Shown one piece after another: positions 27,001 to 39,300 of a stretch of 64,000 bases of DNA. Made by a program: the position numbers and the translations under genes. This DNA is from Botryllus schlosseri (taxonomy: Eukaryota). The stretch spans positions 11,844,001 through 11,908,000 of the forward strand of contig CM119372.1 of assembly GCA_051294905.1 (NCBI GenBank). Reading direction: 5' to 3'. The notes beneath the pieces are model-generated. The model was not told the DNA's origin. It saw only the letters and a list, made by a program, of their open reading frames with translations, and did no database searches. Within the stretch, counting starts at the first letter, position 1. Each line of letters starts with the position of its first letter.

Positions 27001-30000
27001 CCGTTTGCGAAAAGTAATGTGGTGTCGTGGAAAGATTATTCGCCAGGTTTCATTCTTTCCTCCTTCCTTTTTCAAACTGTATTCTGATTGCTGAACTATC
27101 AGCCGATTAGCGGTCGGTGACGCAATACTTGCTTCCTACTCAAACCAAGTACGTAATTTACTGTTGTGTAAAAGGTAGCGGATCAATTTTGAAGCTGTAC
27201 TTGACGGAGGAAGTCGCTATCAGAGGTAGTTCAAGTAGTCATCGTTGCTACTAGTACATGCAGAGATTTCTAAGACACGTCAAAACTAGTTCAAGCGGAA
27301 GTAAAATGTGTAAGGTTTGGAAAGATACCTAAAATGTTCCGTTTCAAAATGTAGATTTGGTCTAGGTGTCGCATAATTTCAGCAGTCAATCGGTAGTTGT
27401 TGCTTTGAAATTTCGAGATCGATTTTCACGGCCGATGCAAAATAACTGAAGACACTACGAATATCGAAAATATATTCAATGACCTTTAAGCATGGGACAT
27501 TTCACGCTATTAGTGATAATTTCACTGATAAAAGTGATGCAAACTTATCGCAAAACCGCTTTGTACTTTTCAAAACCCAAACTGTAAATTAGTACAAAAC
27601 TATACAAGTAGAAGTAGTCTGAAACATACCTACTTGAGTAAGTAGTACAAGTGTGCAAAGCTACTTCGGTACTCTGAAAATATGTACTGACACCTCCAGT
27701 CACTATATCTTTGTACTTTTCAAAGTACCCAAACTGTAAATTAGTACAAAACTATACAAGTAGAAGTAGTCTGAAGCATAGCTACTTGAGTAAGTAGTAC
27801 AAGTGTGCAAAGCTACTTCGGTACTCTGAAAATATGTACTGACACCTCCGGTCACTATATAGGCCTATAGCATACTATCATTTTATATTTGCAGTGGATA
27901 TGGAGAATAAGATATATCTGTTTCTAGGTAGGACTGCATTTTACGTCACTGCTTAAGCTTCTACTTGAGCTTCGCACGTGACTTTTTGAACCAAACCCGT
28001 CCATAGATAGCAACTGCCGTCACTCTGCGTGACTGCTGATGCTCAATCACTATAACCAGCGCCTGTCTTTCCAGGTAAAGCTTACAAGCACGTCCCCGCG
28101 CCAGGGAAAATTGCGGATTACGACCCTGCCGAAAATATGCAGCGTATGAGTGTGAAGGAAAAGGTATTCGTTGATATGCCGCATAAATTAGGATGCATGT
28201 GTTGCCTTGATTGTTATTTTTGTCGCATGGTAGTGTGTTTGTATTTTTCTCTGGTTTGAAGTCTCGCGGAAATAGCACGGCGCAGCAATTTGAGTTGATC
28301 CGTGTCGATTCGAGATATATTGCCGGCGTGGCAAGAGTCCTGCTTTGTGTTTCCACTCTGCATTGTTTCAATCGATTAGGTAATTTCGCCTTTCTCCGAA
28401 CTATTGAAATTTTCAGGGTAACTCGCTGGCCACATTTGTAAACTAGATTAAATTGATTCAGGTCTTGCAAATTTCATATACCGGTCTTTGCCAATACAAT
28501 CAAGGTCGAACAGCATGGTATCCATCGGTGACCTGCCATTTCATAGCAAATGTCTCGGGCTGTTGCAGAAATGGGTCATCGTAAACAGAGGTGCTCAGAG
28601 TCGAAGTAATGCTGTAAATTTTTGCTCAATTATAAGTAGATATTAGCGGTTTTCGAAATATGTCAAAAACTTCCTCAAGTAGAAGTAGAAAGAGAGGTTT
28701 CAAAGGTACTCAAGTGAGTAGTTTCACAGAGTATCTTTGGTTGAAGCGTCGCATAATGATCAATTGGGGATGGATACTTTTGAATTGAAAGATGCACCGT
28801 TGCGGCTAACACAAAAGGACTGCTAAGTGAGGATTATTAAAGTGAATAGGTGCACTTTTCGAACAGATACACAAAGTTGTTTTGATCAGTTGTCAATTGT
28901 CAATCTTCCTCGAGAGTAAAAGTGATGCAATCCTGTTCGAAAACTACATTATAGCCTACCGTTAGGTAGAAGTGGAAGTAGTCTAAAAGCATATCCACCC
29001 AAGTAATGCCAGCAGGCAAAGTCTACTGACGGAAGAGCCATATTAGGACAGGGAGTGCATCGTACTAATTTGCATCCGTAGCAGCACTTTTTATCAGCAT
29101 GAGTGTGCTTTTCACGTAGCATTCCTCACAGGAGCCTGAAACCGAGCCCCCTACAACCCCAATACAATCACACGAGAACGTGGAAGACGAGCCATCGGAA
29201 ACGGTAGAAGTGCCGGAAACAACGACTGAGGAGCAGGAGCAAGAGAGTTACGAGGAATTTGTGAGACAATCCGATGGGGTATATCATCGCGCTGATTAAA
29301 ATTACTAAAAGCTGTAGCGCATGGCCATGTCATGAATAGTCAAATTAACTGCACATTTTGGTTGCTCGGTCGGCGGGCATGTGTTGGTTTCACTTGTGTC
29401 TGTTTCACGCATGAAGCGTCGTTCAACTGCTAGAGCATTTTGAAGTTTCGTTGTTTTCACTACCTTATTCTTTACTGCTACCATTCATTAATAACCTCCA
29501 CCCAGCAATTATGAATATAGGCTGTACGGATTCAGCTGATTCGAACCAGATCTATCGAACCATCGCATGAAATTAGCGCAACAGTTTGTAGTACTAGTTT
29601 CCGACTATCACTCTTTGACATTTGGAATTTTGCGACAAAAAAAAACTTGTAAGTCACCACCGCCTGTATTTGGACACAGACACGTGTGTGTTGGGAGCAA
29701 GTCTCAAAACAAATTGATAATATAATTGGGTGTAGGCACGGCGATGGCTTTTTGCGACCAAGTCGTATTATTGAAGGTGATATGACTTTAGGTGTCAACA
29801 CAAACTGCTATGGCCTAATAATTGCTTTCGCTCACAGCACGCCACGTGCTACTAATAACAGATATTTAACTTTAACAGCCTTGAATAACTGCGGTCACAA
29901 GCACATATATGAATATATTTCGTATTCACAGCATATCTACAAAGCCTTGTATGATTACACTGCTCAAGATGATGACGAAGTGTCATTCCTGGATGGGGAC

Positions 30001-30108
30001 AACGTCATCAATGCCCAACGTATCGACGACGGATGGATGTTCGGCACGGTGGAAAGAACAGGGCAAAGCGGAATGCTGCCTTCAAACTATGTACAAATGG
30101 TCCAGTAG
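94..30108 (+). CDS. NEB: Nebulin-family giant actin-binding protein, multi-exon, 5' end outside window
   Basis: About 60 GT-AG exons, most ~100-120 nt and phase 0, each encoding one ~35-aa module split at S-D|xxYK, e.g. 94-198 FNYQKSAKK...KLSD, 1646-1753 [24 protein letters not shown]...ASD, 3165-3272, and from 25546 [21 protein letters not shown]. Linker exon ~26679-26854 has [13 protein letters not shown] (nebulin/nebulette linker motif). Acidic exon 29120-29260. Terminal SH3 exon, stop at 30106-30108. About 67 modules counted, far more than nebulette or Lasp. Confidence 0.93.
8402..8560. mobile_element. Truncated single arm related to the fold-back MITE family
   Basis: Starts taggaccgttcaaa and contains caccagatttgttcaattccaacctgtag and aaataatagtattt, resembling the arms of the elements at 42351 and 45556. 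No partner arm seen. Confidence 0.45.
11071..11431. mobile_element. hAT-type MITE in nebulin intron
   Basis: TIR TAGGGTTACCATA...TATGGTAACCCTA; 8-bp TSD gctaacac/cctaacac (1 mismatch). Confidence 0.85.
17806..19951. mobile_element. Non-autonomous hAT (Charlie-like) element with nested insertions
   Basis: TIR CAGTGGGTCTCAACC...GGTTGAGAAACACTG; perfect 8-bp TSD CTCTAGGC (17798-17805, 19952-19959); subterminal cgcggactc motifs. Contains a copy (~18209-18688) of the family seen at 55882 and a small inverted-repeat element at ~19713-19797. Confidence 0.9.
20228..23399 (+). mobile_element. Degenerate Sola2-like DNA transposon with very long TIRs
   Basis: Ends GGGTCAGATCATGTCAGGTGAT / ATCACCTGACATGATCTGACCC; 4-bp TSD TATT on both sides; TIRs ~20228-20790 and ~22815-23399; internal transposase. 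GRG termini, 4-bp AT-rich TSD and long TIRs are Sola2 traits as I recall them; family assignment not checked by search. Confidence 0.8.
20785..22435 (+). pseudogene. Disrupted DDD-type transposase (Sola2-like)
   Basis: Motifs [76 protein letters not shown]. In-frame TAG at 20872-20874, frameshifts near 21170 and 22300 (continues [10 protein letters not shown]), N-terminus missing. Confidence 0.85.
24841..25255. mobile_element. MITE with ~90-bp TIRs
   Basis: GGGTCCATCAAACCACTAGGTGTTGCCAGACTTTAGGTGGTAACCGCC... mirrored at ~25165-25255. Flanked by TA on both sides (TSD or part of TIR). Superfamily unresolved. Confidence 0.8.
26003..26532. mobile_element. hAT-type MITE with GACTCGAGTC subterminal arrays
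   Basis: TAGGGTTGTAA...TTACAACCCTG; TSD cactctaa/cactcaaa. Same family inverted at 43241-43696; partial copies at ~31000-31091 and ~60685-61068. Confidence 0.85.
27221..27860. mobile_element. Old hAT-type MITE (agtagaagtagt family) with tandemly duplicated right end
   Basis: CAGAGGT...CACCTCCA, TSD gtcgctat/gtcactat; 150-bp segment 27559-27708 repeated at 27709-27860. Related fragments at ~28586-29030, 33240-33360 and 41100-41350. Confidence 0.7.
29932..30108 (+). CDS. NEB: Last exon of nebulin gene: C-terminal SH3 domain
   Basis: Acceptor ttcacag, then [58 protein letters not shown], a nebulin/Lasp-type SH3 (ALYDY, GWM, GMLPxNYV). Confidence 0.95.
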   Translation, partial: HIYKALYDYTAQDDDEVSFLDGDNVINAQRIDDGWMFGTVERTGQSGMLPSNYVQMVQ

Positions 30109-30267
30109 AAACCAGAGGATACTAACCAACTACTCCAACAGCAATCTATTGTTATCGTGTGACTGTCATACTAACACCCATTTATATCAATATACAAGCA
30201 GCATGCCATCTTGAAAATGAACTCATGCCAACCCAACTTACATCTCAACCTGTGCCCTCACCATTGA

Positions 30268-30273
30268 AATAAA
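30268..30273 (+). terminator. Candidate polyadenylation signal (AATAAA) of nebulin gene
   Basis: First AATAAA downstream of the stop, 160 nt after it. Confidence 0.55.
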
Positions 30274-30348
30274 AACGTCAAGTGATACGAAATGTTGAAT
30301 GCTATTAGATACGGAAAGAAAGAAATAATTTCAAAAATGACTGTTTAG

Positions 30349-33300
30349 TCAGTCATCCTCGTCATCAGATATAATCATACGTTTTTTTCGAGTGACATGT
30401 CCAGGCTGGTTCTTTACCCCCCTAAAATGGAACACACAAGTATAAGAGGCTGCAACACATGAATGGATTCAACACAGTGTAGTGTCACTTACTGAGTATC
30501 CATATTAACTGAAAAGGACTTTGCATTTTCTTTGTCGGAGTCATCAGAACTGCTGTCCGAGTCATCGAGTATGGATTTCTTATGTGTTACAGAAACATCA
30601 CCCAATGGCGTATTGGAACTATCAACAGTATATATATATAAATAAAAATGATCTCGGATAGCAACAGTTACACACCAACCTCAACAATGAATCGTCTAAC
30701 GAGCCAGATGTCACAATATTATCATCCTTTTCTAATTGCGTCTGTCGATCGGTCGGATCCTCGTTTTCTCTGAAAACAAACCACTGGTATTGCCACGATT
30801 CAATAGCAATTGGTGTCTGTAATACCCTATGTTGTTCGAGGTATCCTCATCTTCCGCCGAAATTTCCATCAGCTCTGTGTTGTCAATTGGCAAGCTATCG
30901 TGAGCAGGCTTAACATTAACAGTATTGGAACTAAAAAAAGAAGTACGAATTAAATGAGCTGAGCGAGAATCCCGGTTTCATTGCTGATCCCAAAAATTGG
31001 CTTGACTTGAATTGTGACTTGACACGAGTCAAAATGTGCATTGACTCGAGATGACTCGTGACTCGAAGGTAGTGACTTGATCCCAACACTGGTACTCAAT
31101 AACAACCCAACCATTGGTCATAGCATGAAGCAAGAGATATCACAATGACAAAATAATTCGTGTCAATATCAAAGATCTCTAATAAGGACATCAGAAATCA
31201 GGTTTCTAACAACAGCAAGGGAATGAACGACTGAAATCAAGTGCTCAACTCACTCCTTATTCGTATCAGATTCAAGCGGCTTCACAATCTCCTCATCAGA
31301 ATTGGAACTTTCTGAGTCGTCCAGGAGCATTCTTTTACGGGACACAGCAGTGTTGTCAGAGTCGCTAAATAACGACTTATTCGTAAGTTAAATCGCACAA
31401 CAACGCGACAACCAGACTAGGTACAAACAACGCAAACCACCGTTGCTGCCAGTACTAGCACATTGTCAGCAGACATCTAATTATCATTGTCTGAATTTAA
31501 TTTTATCGGGAATTGAGTAATGTAAGGTCACAGGTTGTGTTCAAGCATGGGGTAGAGCAGGGGATATTTGTGCACATTTAATAGTGTATTTCAATTTGCC
31601 AGACCCAAAATCACAAAATTTGATTTAAAAGAGGCAAGAGTTCTTGAACGAGTCTTCCGTGACTTGCAATCGGACAGTAATTTCCTAGCACAGCTTGGGA
31701 ATCGGCGTTTGGAGATAGAGTCAACCGTCTTTAGTGGTGAATTTCAATTTTAGTCGAGAGAACAAGTTGCAATTTGAAATGACGCGGAGTCAGAGTCACC
31801 ATTTGGAGTCGTACCACACCTGTCGATCCAGCCCAGGGTTAGGAGTTAAACTAGGGGTTAGATTAGGGAAGTGCAAGAGACATCCGTGACTTCACCAATG
31901 TAGGCCATAGCTAACTATGCCACGAGTTCATTCACTTACGAAACGACAAAGCTGCAAGTGACATGAAAAGTCCCAATCGATACAATAGTATCTACTGATA
32001 GCAATGTAGCACATACCGTAACGTGGAATTCTGGTCTTTAACGCTTGTTGACCCAACATTTTCGTTCTCCAACAATTGCTTTTGCCGTTTACTATCACTT
32101 TCCTCGTCTCCACTGGAATAAAGTGATTCAAAACCGAATGACAACTAAATTCGCCAAATTTATTTAATCATGCACCGTCTTCACTAGAGCAGTATTAGCT
32201 GAATGTCGCTGTCGCATACAGCCTACGAAATAACTCACTCGTCATTCCCGGATGAATCTCCATCGTCCGCTATGACCCGTTTACGTTTTATTCTCAACGG
32301 TCCCACATCTTCTGGAACGTTTTGGGACGTTGATGGACGGTTTTCAATGGAAGTTTCTCTGCGAAGAGCATTCGCATGAAAAAAATAGCGCTCGAATTAA
32401 ATTGCGTGTCCAGAGAGATTGATTCAACAACCGCCGATGGACGATGACATGCCCAATTATTAAGAGCAATGTTATGAAGGATAGTGAATGACGTTTATAA
32501 AGATTCTAAATTTATAATAATAATTTACAAAGTTTTATCTTGCGAATTGTTTTGTTATTTCTTTGTAGTTCTGTTTCATGTACGCCGGAGTCATCGTTAT
32601 AGCTCCAATCGTAGTTCTTACAACGAATGCAACTGCATGAAGGTGACAGGCCAAATATGGATAGCTGGAGGAAAGGGCGGATACGCATTTATACAATACT
32701 GGCTTTTTAGTAGTTGCTTTCAGACACAAAACTAGATGCGGAAATAATACTAGATAAAGTTGATGATTTTGTTGCGAGTCGGCAACCACTATGAGAATCC
32801 AGTGTCAGCTTGCTAGAATTCGCAAAATTATTCAAGGCGTTGAATTAATTTGGTCAAATTAACCACAGATGGTGAAGAACCGCTGCCGTAATACATACAG
32901 CGGAATTCAGCTGGGAAACACCGCTCCCAATAATAATTTGGGTCGATTATGACAGACGTAAATATTCCTATGTCTGGTTGCGGTATTTTATCGACACCCT
33001 CGAGCAAAATCACTCACTCGTCATCATCAGGCAGGGTCGCAGCGGCGTTCGATAACGTATCGACATAGTCTTGAAGTTGCGGCACAGACAACGTCGGCGG
33101 TATCCTCCAGAACATTTCCTACAGAACAACCGGGAACCAGAAACGTTCAAAGCAGTCAACGTTAGTGATCAAGTATAGAGGACGCTATACAAGTAGCGAT
33201 TATCAAGTAATAAAATACATATTCATGGTCTTTTGCGTAAAAAACTGTAGTAAAGTAGAAGTAGTCTAAATTCGTAACCGCCCGAGTAAGTAGTGCAAGC

Positions 33301-36300
33301 AAGCATATCCTACTCGAGTACTCGGAAAGAAACAAAGACTTATTACAAAACTACTTCCTATTCTACAGAATCCACAGATTGTAGAAAGTAAGAAGTTTTG
33401 CCGAAAAACGTTCAAGCATAAGTGGAAGGATTGTAAAAACACGAAGTGACGCAAACCGACGATCTCTGCCGGAAACACGTCGCTGAAAATTCAGGAACGT
33501 TTTTGTTGCGTCGTGACACCTTATTAGCGAAACTTCAGTAAACCGCTTTTTACCTGGCCGGCGACCGGTTTTTGAAGGCCAACAAAAAACAGGAGCTTCT
33601 TGAAGGCAGCCGTTTGCATCGCGTTCTCCTGCTCTTCCGTCAGAGGCACCAAAGGCAGGGGTTCCACGTCTTAACATTTCAAATCGGCGCGAGAAACGTG
33701 TGCGGCGCTGAAAAATTCAGAGCGCGCCCCGCAAGGTTACCTTCGTCCGGTGCGTTCCTGTCTTCGATCGCTTGTTCGAGGTTGCTCTTAACCCAGTCGA
33801 TCTGCTCCGTCAGACCGTCGCGCACAGCTTTCCTGACGCAAGATCGGATGTCTGTAACGGAAAAACGGGAGCTGTCAGTACGGCACGGGGGTGGGCAGTA
33901 ACAGTGCGTGCCCGAGTAGTTGTGTTTAGAGTTACTTCTACTTTTACGGCGGAGATTATAAAGTTGGATTATCAGGTTCATCAGGATTTAACAACCCAAG
34001 ATTAACCAGCTGGCACCGGCGTGTTTTCCCGAAGAATTTTGCTTCACTTTACAAAACTGTAAAACACGACCGCGATGGGAAGCGAAACCAACAAGTGATA
34101 TGTCGTCGGATTCAGAATTGCAACGACTAACTAACTACGCCAGTGATTCCCAACCGCGGCTCCAAGCTACCTTTCTTGCGGCTCTGAATGATTTTTGAAT
34201 ATGCAACAAAATATTATAGACAGTTGTTTTTTATTGCTGTTAATAGTTATAGTCAACTTCTGTGTATGAATGCTACAATGGAGGCTATTAGGTATGTCTC
34301 AAGCCACTCAAGGTCACTTCTAACGGCGGGGATAGACAATTCTTGCAGACTAGCGTCAAACGCGTGGATGAATACCCGTCAGACAATCATATATCTTGAG
34401 TTCCGCTGGTCATGGACCTTTATAGGTCGTCACTGCGAAGAGTAAATTTCGACACAACTATACTGGCAAAAGTAAGTAAGAAATTAACAGCCCATAGTCA
34501 AGTAGAAATTGCCATATTACCAATATTACTCAGTGTATAATCCCCCTCAAACTTGTGCATCAAGTGCTGGAATGTATGAAGAGCCATCACATAACGACAC
34601 ACATAGCATGTTGTAGTAATGATATGTATTTTCAGTTTATTACAACGTATAGCGCTCGCCAATCTGTGTCTATCAATGCAAAAATAATCGACATAGAATC
34701 AATAAAAGTATATGTGCATGCTTTTGAATTAGCTGGATGGTGAGATCCAGAGGCAGGCAAGCTACCTTTAAATTTTCGTTATAAGTAGCTTGCTCGAGTG
34801 TTTTCACGCGGCTCCGTACTTACTCTGAAGTTGGAAATGCGGCTCCGGCATCCAAAAACGTTGGGAACCACTGAACTAAGCCATGAATCTAGACGAGCAA
34901 CCAAACATGCATTTAATCAAGAGGACAGCATAACCTTGTTGCAAAATGGACTAGTTTTGATTACTTCCTTAATAGAGTCTACAACATATTCCTAGTGCGA
35001 ATGAGAACGTGCTATTCACTGCGACAGAGATGTTTTTTTTAAAAACCAGCTGTGAGTGACCACTTTTGCTCAACTAATTCAGTCGACACTATCAAAGCAT
35101 GGTAGAGCGTGCTAGCTCCGTGGCGTAGTTGGTTAGGCATTGAAATTCTGAATCCAATTACTTGTTAGTTTCGCATCCCGTTGAGGTTGTGTTTTACAGT
35201 TTTGCAAAGTGAAGCAAAACTTTTTGGAAAAACCACAAAGGTAACGGCTTCACTGAACAGTCAGACAACCACCGAAACATGTACCCACCGTTGTAGAGCG
35301 ATATTTCTATCAGTATTCTATAGTCCGTTTCTTCGCTGTACAATGTGCACATTAATGATTACGCACTACTTACATTTCGCGATGATAATAATTCTACCTA
35401 TCTTTATCCAACAGCCTGCCGTTTCAGTCAACAAAAAGTTGTTTTAGAACAAGTTTGCATCATCTTTTCGAGTGAATTGGTCAAAGAACCCCTGGTATTC
35501 CGGTAAGCGAATAACTTTTTAACGATCATCAGTCATCAGTCGTTTTGCGTTAGCTGTAAAGATAAATCTGCTTCTAAAAGCAGCTTCGATATGTCTCGGC
35601 GGTAATTCTACTTCTACTCGAGCAGTAACGCCGATTACTTTCATCGCCGCTTCAGTACCGCGGTAGCATCTTGTCCCGACAAGGACGTCCAAATTATGGG
35701 CCGGTCCGTGGCCTCTACAACCAGCCCCTACCCTGATGTTCAAATGTGAACAGAAAAACGGTACCGACAAAATTTTACTTCGGCACGATAACCATTAGTC
35801 AGCCTGGTATACTTGGGGCCTAGATGGAATGCATGATGATTAATTACTGCACCTATGAGAGTCCAGGTTTCGTCATCATCGTCAGATTCCGATTCCGATC
35901 GCCGACGGTTAACACTGACACCTTCGTCAGACGAGTCCGATCCCCCTGCTAAATACAAGCAAACTCTTATTTTCAACAACAAAGAGAGAGCCTGCGATGT
36001 TTTACCATGGACAATTTCCTGGTTTCGTCCACCTTTACTGGTTCGTTTCCTCTTTTTGTGAAGTGATTTTCTAAATACGCCACACATTTTTTTTCGCACA
36101 AGATTGACGGACAACTCAATCTTGAAGCCATTGTTTACAAATGTCGTACCTGTCAACCACGAGACCGAGCTCGACAATTTTTTCGATGACCTTGTTCTTG
36201 GGACGCTTGACACTCATCATCGCCATGATACTGCCAACTGGATCTAGAAAGCCAAAAAACCTATGCGGTCAAGTAGTAAGTCTTAGGTATTAAAGATAAT

Positions 36301-39300
36301 TATCATTATTATTCGACAATTCGCAAAAATGTCTGTTTACATGCAAACAAGTTCACTTGCAACACTACCTGCCTGGTTGTAGATTTTGATAGCAGTGTCA
36401 TGGCAAAATTTTATGAGAATTCTAGAAGTTAGGGGATGGATAGACTCAAATCTGTTTCCAGTGACTGCTGGGAAAAGATAGCCAATCACTTGCGGCAATA
36501 TCATTGTTTCCATGTTATAAGTAGCTATGGACTATGGTTGATAGTATTACAACCCTGAGATGTACTATCGCAATTGCCCGCCTGGTACAGCACTAAATCT
36601 AATCGAGAAGTATCGCCAACTATGGTACATCGCAAATCACTAATTCATAAAAATAGCACCTTCCGAGTCTTTAAACTCCTCGAACAGCCTCCTGAGCTCC
36701 ATCTCTTCGTGCTCTCTCCAAACCGCGAGCTTAGTACTGTTGTGAGCGAATCCAAGGTCATCTCACAGGCAAAAATTCAAATTCAACACGATACCCTTTC
36801 TTTCGCTTCAACACAGTCGCGTTCTCCACGAGGCCGAGAATAACCAACTGTCTGACGATCTGGTGTCGCGTTCGCGTTTCGTCCGTGATCTTCGTCATAA
36901 TATTATCCACGACATCTCGAAAAAGAAAAGGGGGAATATGCAACTTACGATACATTTGCATGATCGAAGGTTTTCAGACTTGATTGGGATACGGTCGAGT
37001 ATATGAAAAATATTTACAAATTATAATAATATACAATACATTAGTCGTCGCTGAGGAATCAGAGTAGCTTATGTCCATTTTACGCACTTTGAGAATTCAG
37101 CTCTTGTAAAGTTTTCATTTTCTTTCTGCCCTTTGAAACAATGCAACTAACATAACTATGACCGAAAAAATGGAAATTTTACAAAACCATGATCAGCTCA
37201 TAATTTGAAAAATGGACGTCAAAACTTGAAAATAGACATAAGCTACTTCGATTGCACACAGAGCAGCAGTGATACATAAATCACATACAATATACCACGA
37301 AAAGCCAGTCAATAGATGCGGATTGCGGATATTTTAAAAGTCCTATCAAAATGCTCAAATTCAAGATAAACTGCACTGGTATTCCCGAGGAAAAGGACCT
37401 AGAGACACGAGATAGCAAATTTTGTTGAAGGCCATTAACTTCCGGCTATCAAATCTTATATGCAAACAACCACAAGCGGCTGTGTCACGCCTCACGGGCT
37501 TCCAATAACGTTACCGTGCGAGATTTTCAACATTGGATTGCATTTCGAATCACGTCGAGCCGTGTGACACAAAGTCGATTACGTTACACTCAAATTACAT
37601 AGCAACACAACGCCATATTTAGCATGAATCATTACCGGTTTCGGCGTCTTTAAATTCCAAATATAGCTGCTTCAATTCTTCCTGTTCCGCCTCACTCCAT
37701 TGCTTCTTCGCACTGAACAAATGTTAAAAACGTAGCAGAGAGCAGCACAAAACCGAAATGCAAACAGCCAGAGCATTCAAGGACCGAAATATTGCGTGTA
37801 CCTACTTCAATCCACACCAGCGCATGGGATTGGACCACACTGTTAAGCCGTAAAAAATCCCACTTGACACTGTACACTGCACCACAACACTTAACTACAA
37901 ATAATTCTGACTTCAAGAGAGTCTACTCGCATAAATCAACAAGGACGTACCCTGCATTCGATTTCGAATACGTCCCGTAGCCTTCAGCCAGCTCGTACAC
38001 GTGAGCTGCGTTCTGCTTCCAAAACAACAGCTCCACGACTAGCTTATCGTTGGTGGGCAGGATCTCGAAAAATCTACGAATCAGAAACTTGCCGAACACA
38101 GCCAGTTCCCGAAACGATGGATTTGTTCTGACGGCTTTGAAAATCTGCAAATACTACCTCAGACTCGAGTGAACAGTGCAGCGATCGCGACGAGTTTGTA
38201 CCTTTTGAAAGACGCGAAAAATCGACGCCTGAAACATCAGCCCGTACATCTTGATGTCGTAGCCGACACGGTGGAGCATCTTCGCGACGTAGTGATTGAT
38301 CTCTCGCGTGTTGGTTTCAAATTTGGCCAGGAGCACGGCGTAGGCTTGAATAACTTTCGCGGCGGCGAATCTATAAGTTACCAGTGAATTCGGTATTACA
38401 AATGGAAGAACTATTATCATTAGGAAAGACATGTATCAATATTTCATTCGAATTCAACAATGGATGTTTCACCGAACATGAACGTGAATTGTGATACAAG
38501 GCACTTGGGCAATTCGGCACTTCGTATGTAGTATTCACGTATTAGGGTTACGGCAGGAGTAGGTTAAGATTAGGGAAAGCCAAATTCACAAGTATACCAA
38601 TCCAGACGCAAACTGTAATCTACGACAATAGTGAGATGTATATTATCGTCCTTGAGTCATGATATACATACACATAACACATGACCTGCGCATTTGCCAT
38701 GAGTACATGATGTGCATATGCTGCTGGACAAGGAAGGTGCCGCAATAGCCCCGTAAGGCTTTCCAAATACTGCACCGCCACTCCATGCTATCACGGAGAT
38801 GCTGAGCGTCCAGCGGGAAGCCAGGGATACCACTTTTACTGATCGGGTCTTTGGTCTGACCCGGCCAGGGATCGAACCCGTGACCTACCGATCAAGAAGC
38901 CGGACGCTCCACCATTTCGCTATCTTGTCGGTCTACAGCCGCTGTTTTTATGCTAATTGATTCGAAAAATATCGTACTTCTTCAAGTAGTCGTTGAAATT
39001 ATATTCGACCTCCTTGGCGGATTCGCGGATCTCCTCTTCCTCTTCGTCATCAGCCTCCTCTTGCGCGATGCTGGAAGGGTCCTCATTTGAGATGTCTACA
39101 AATTGCAAAACATTAGACATCGTGAATCGTCGGCGCAACATGAATCCTGTACTTGACATATCGGCGACGCAATACTCCTTGAGCAAGATAACATCGTCTT
39201 CCCAGGTGGATTCTCTTGTCCCAAAAACGTCGATTTCCGGCCACAAGTGCCTGAAAATTGACAATGGGCTTGTTAAGTTTTCGAGCATTTCAGACTTGTC

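Noticed and set aside
27961..28470. 169-aa minus-strand ORF in a nebulin intron
   Set aside because: Non-ATG start and no recognisable motif; no supporting exon structure.
35105..35190. tRNA-like stretch with box A (TGGCGTAGTTGG)
   Set aside because: No proper box B or cloverleaf; at most a decayed SINE head, not a tRNA gene.
38860..38932. Possible tRNA gene
   Set aside because: No acceptor stem pairing and it continues into a SINE body; annotated as SINE.
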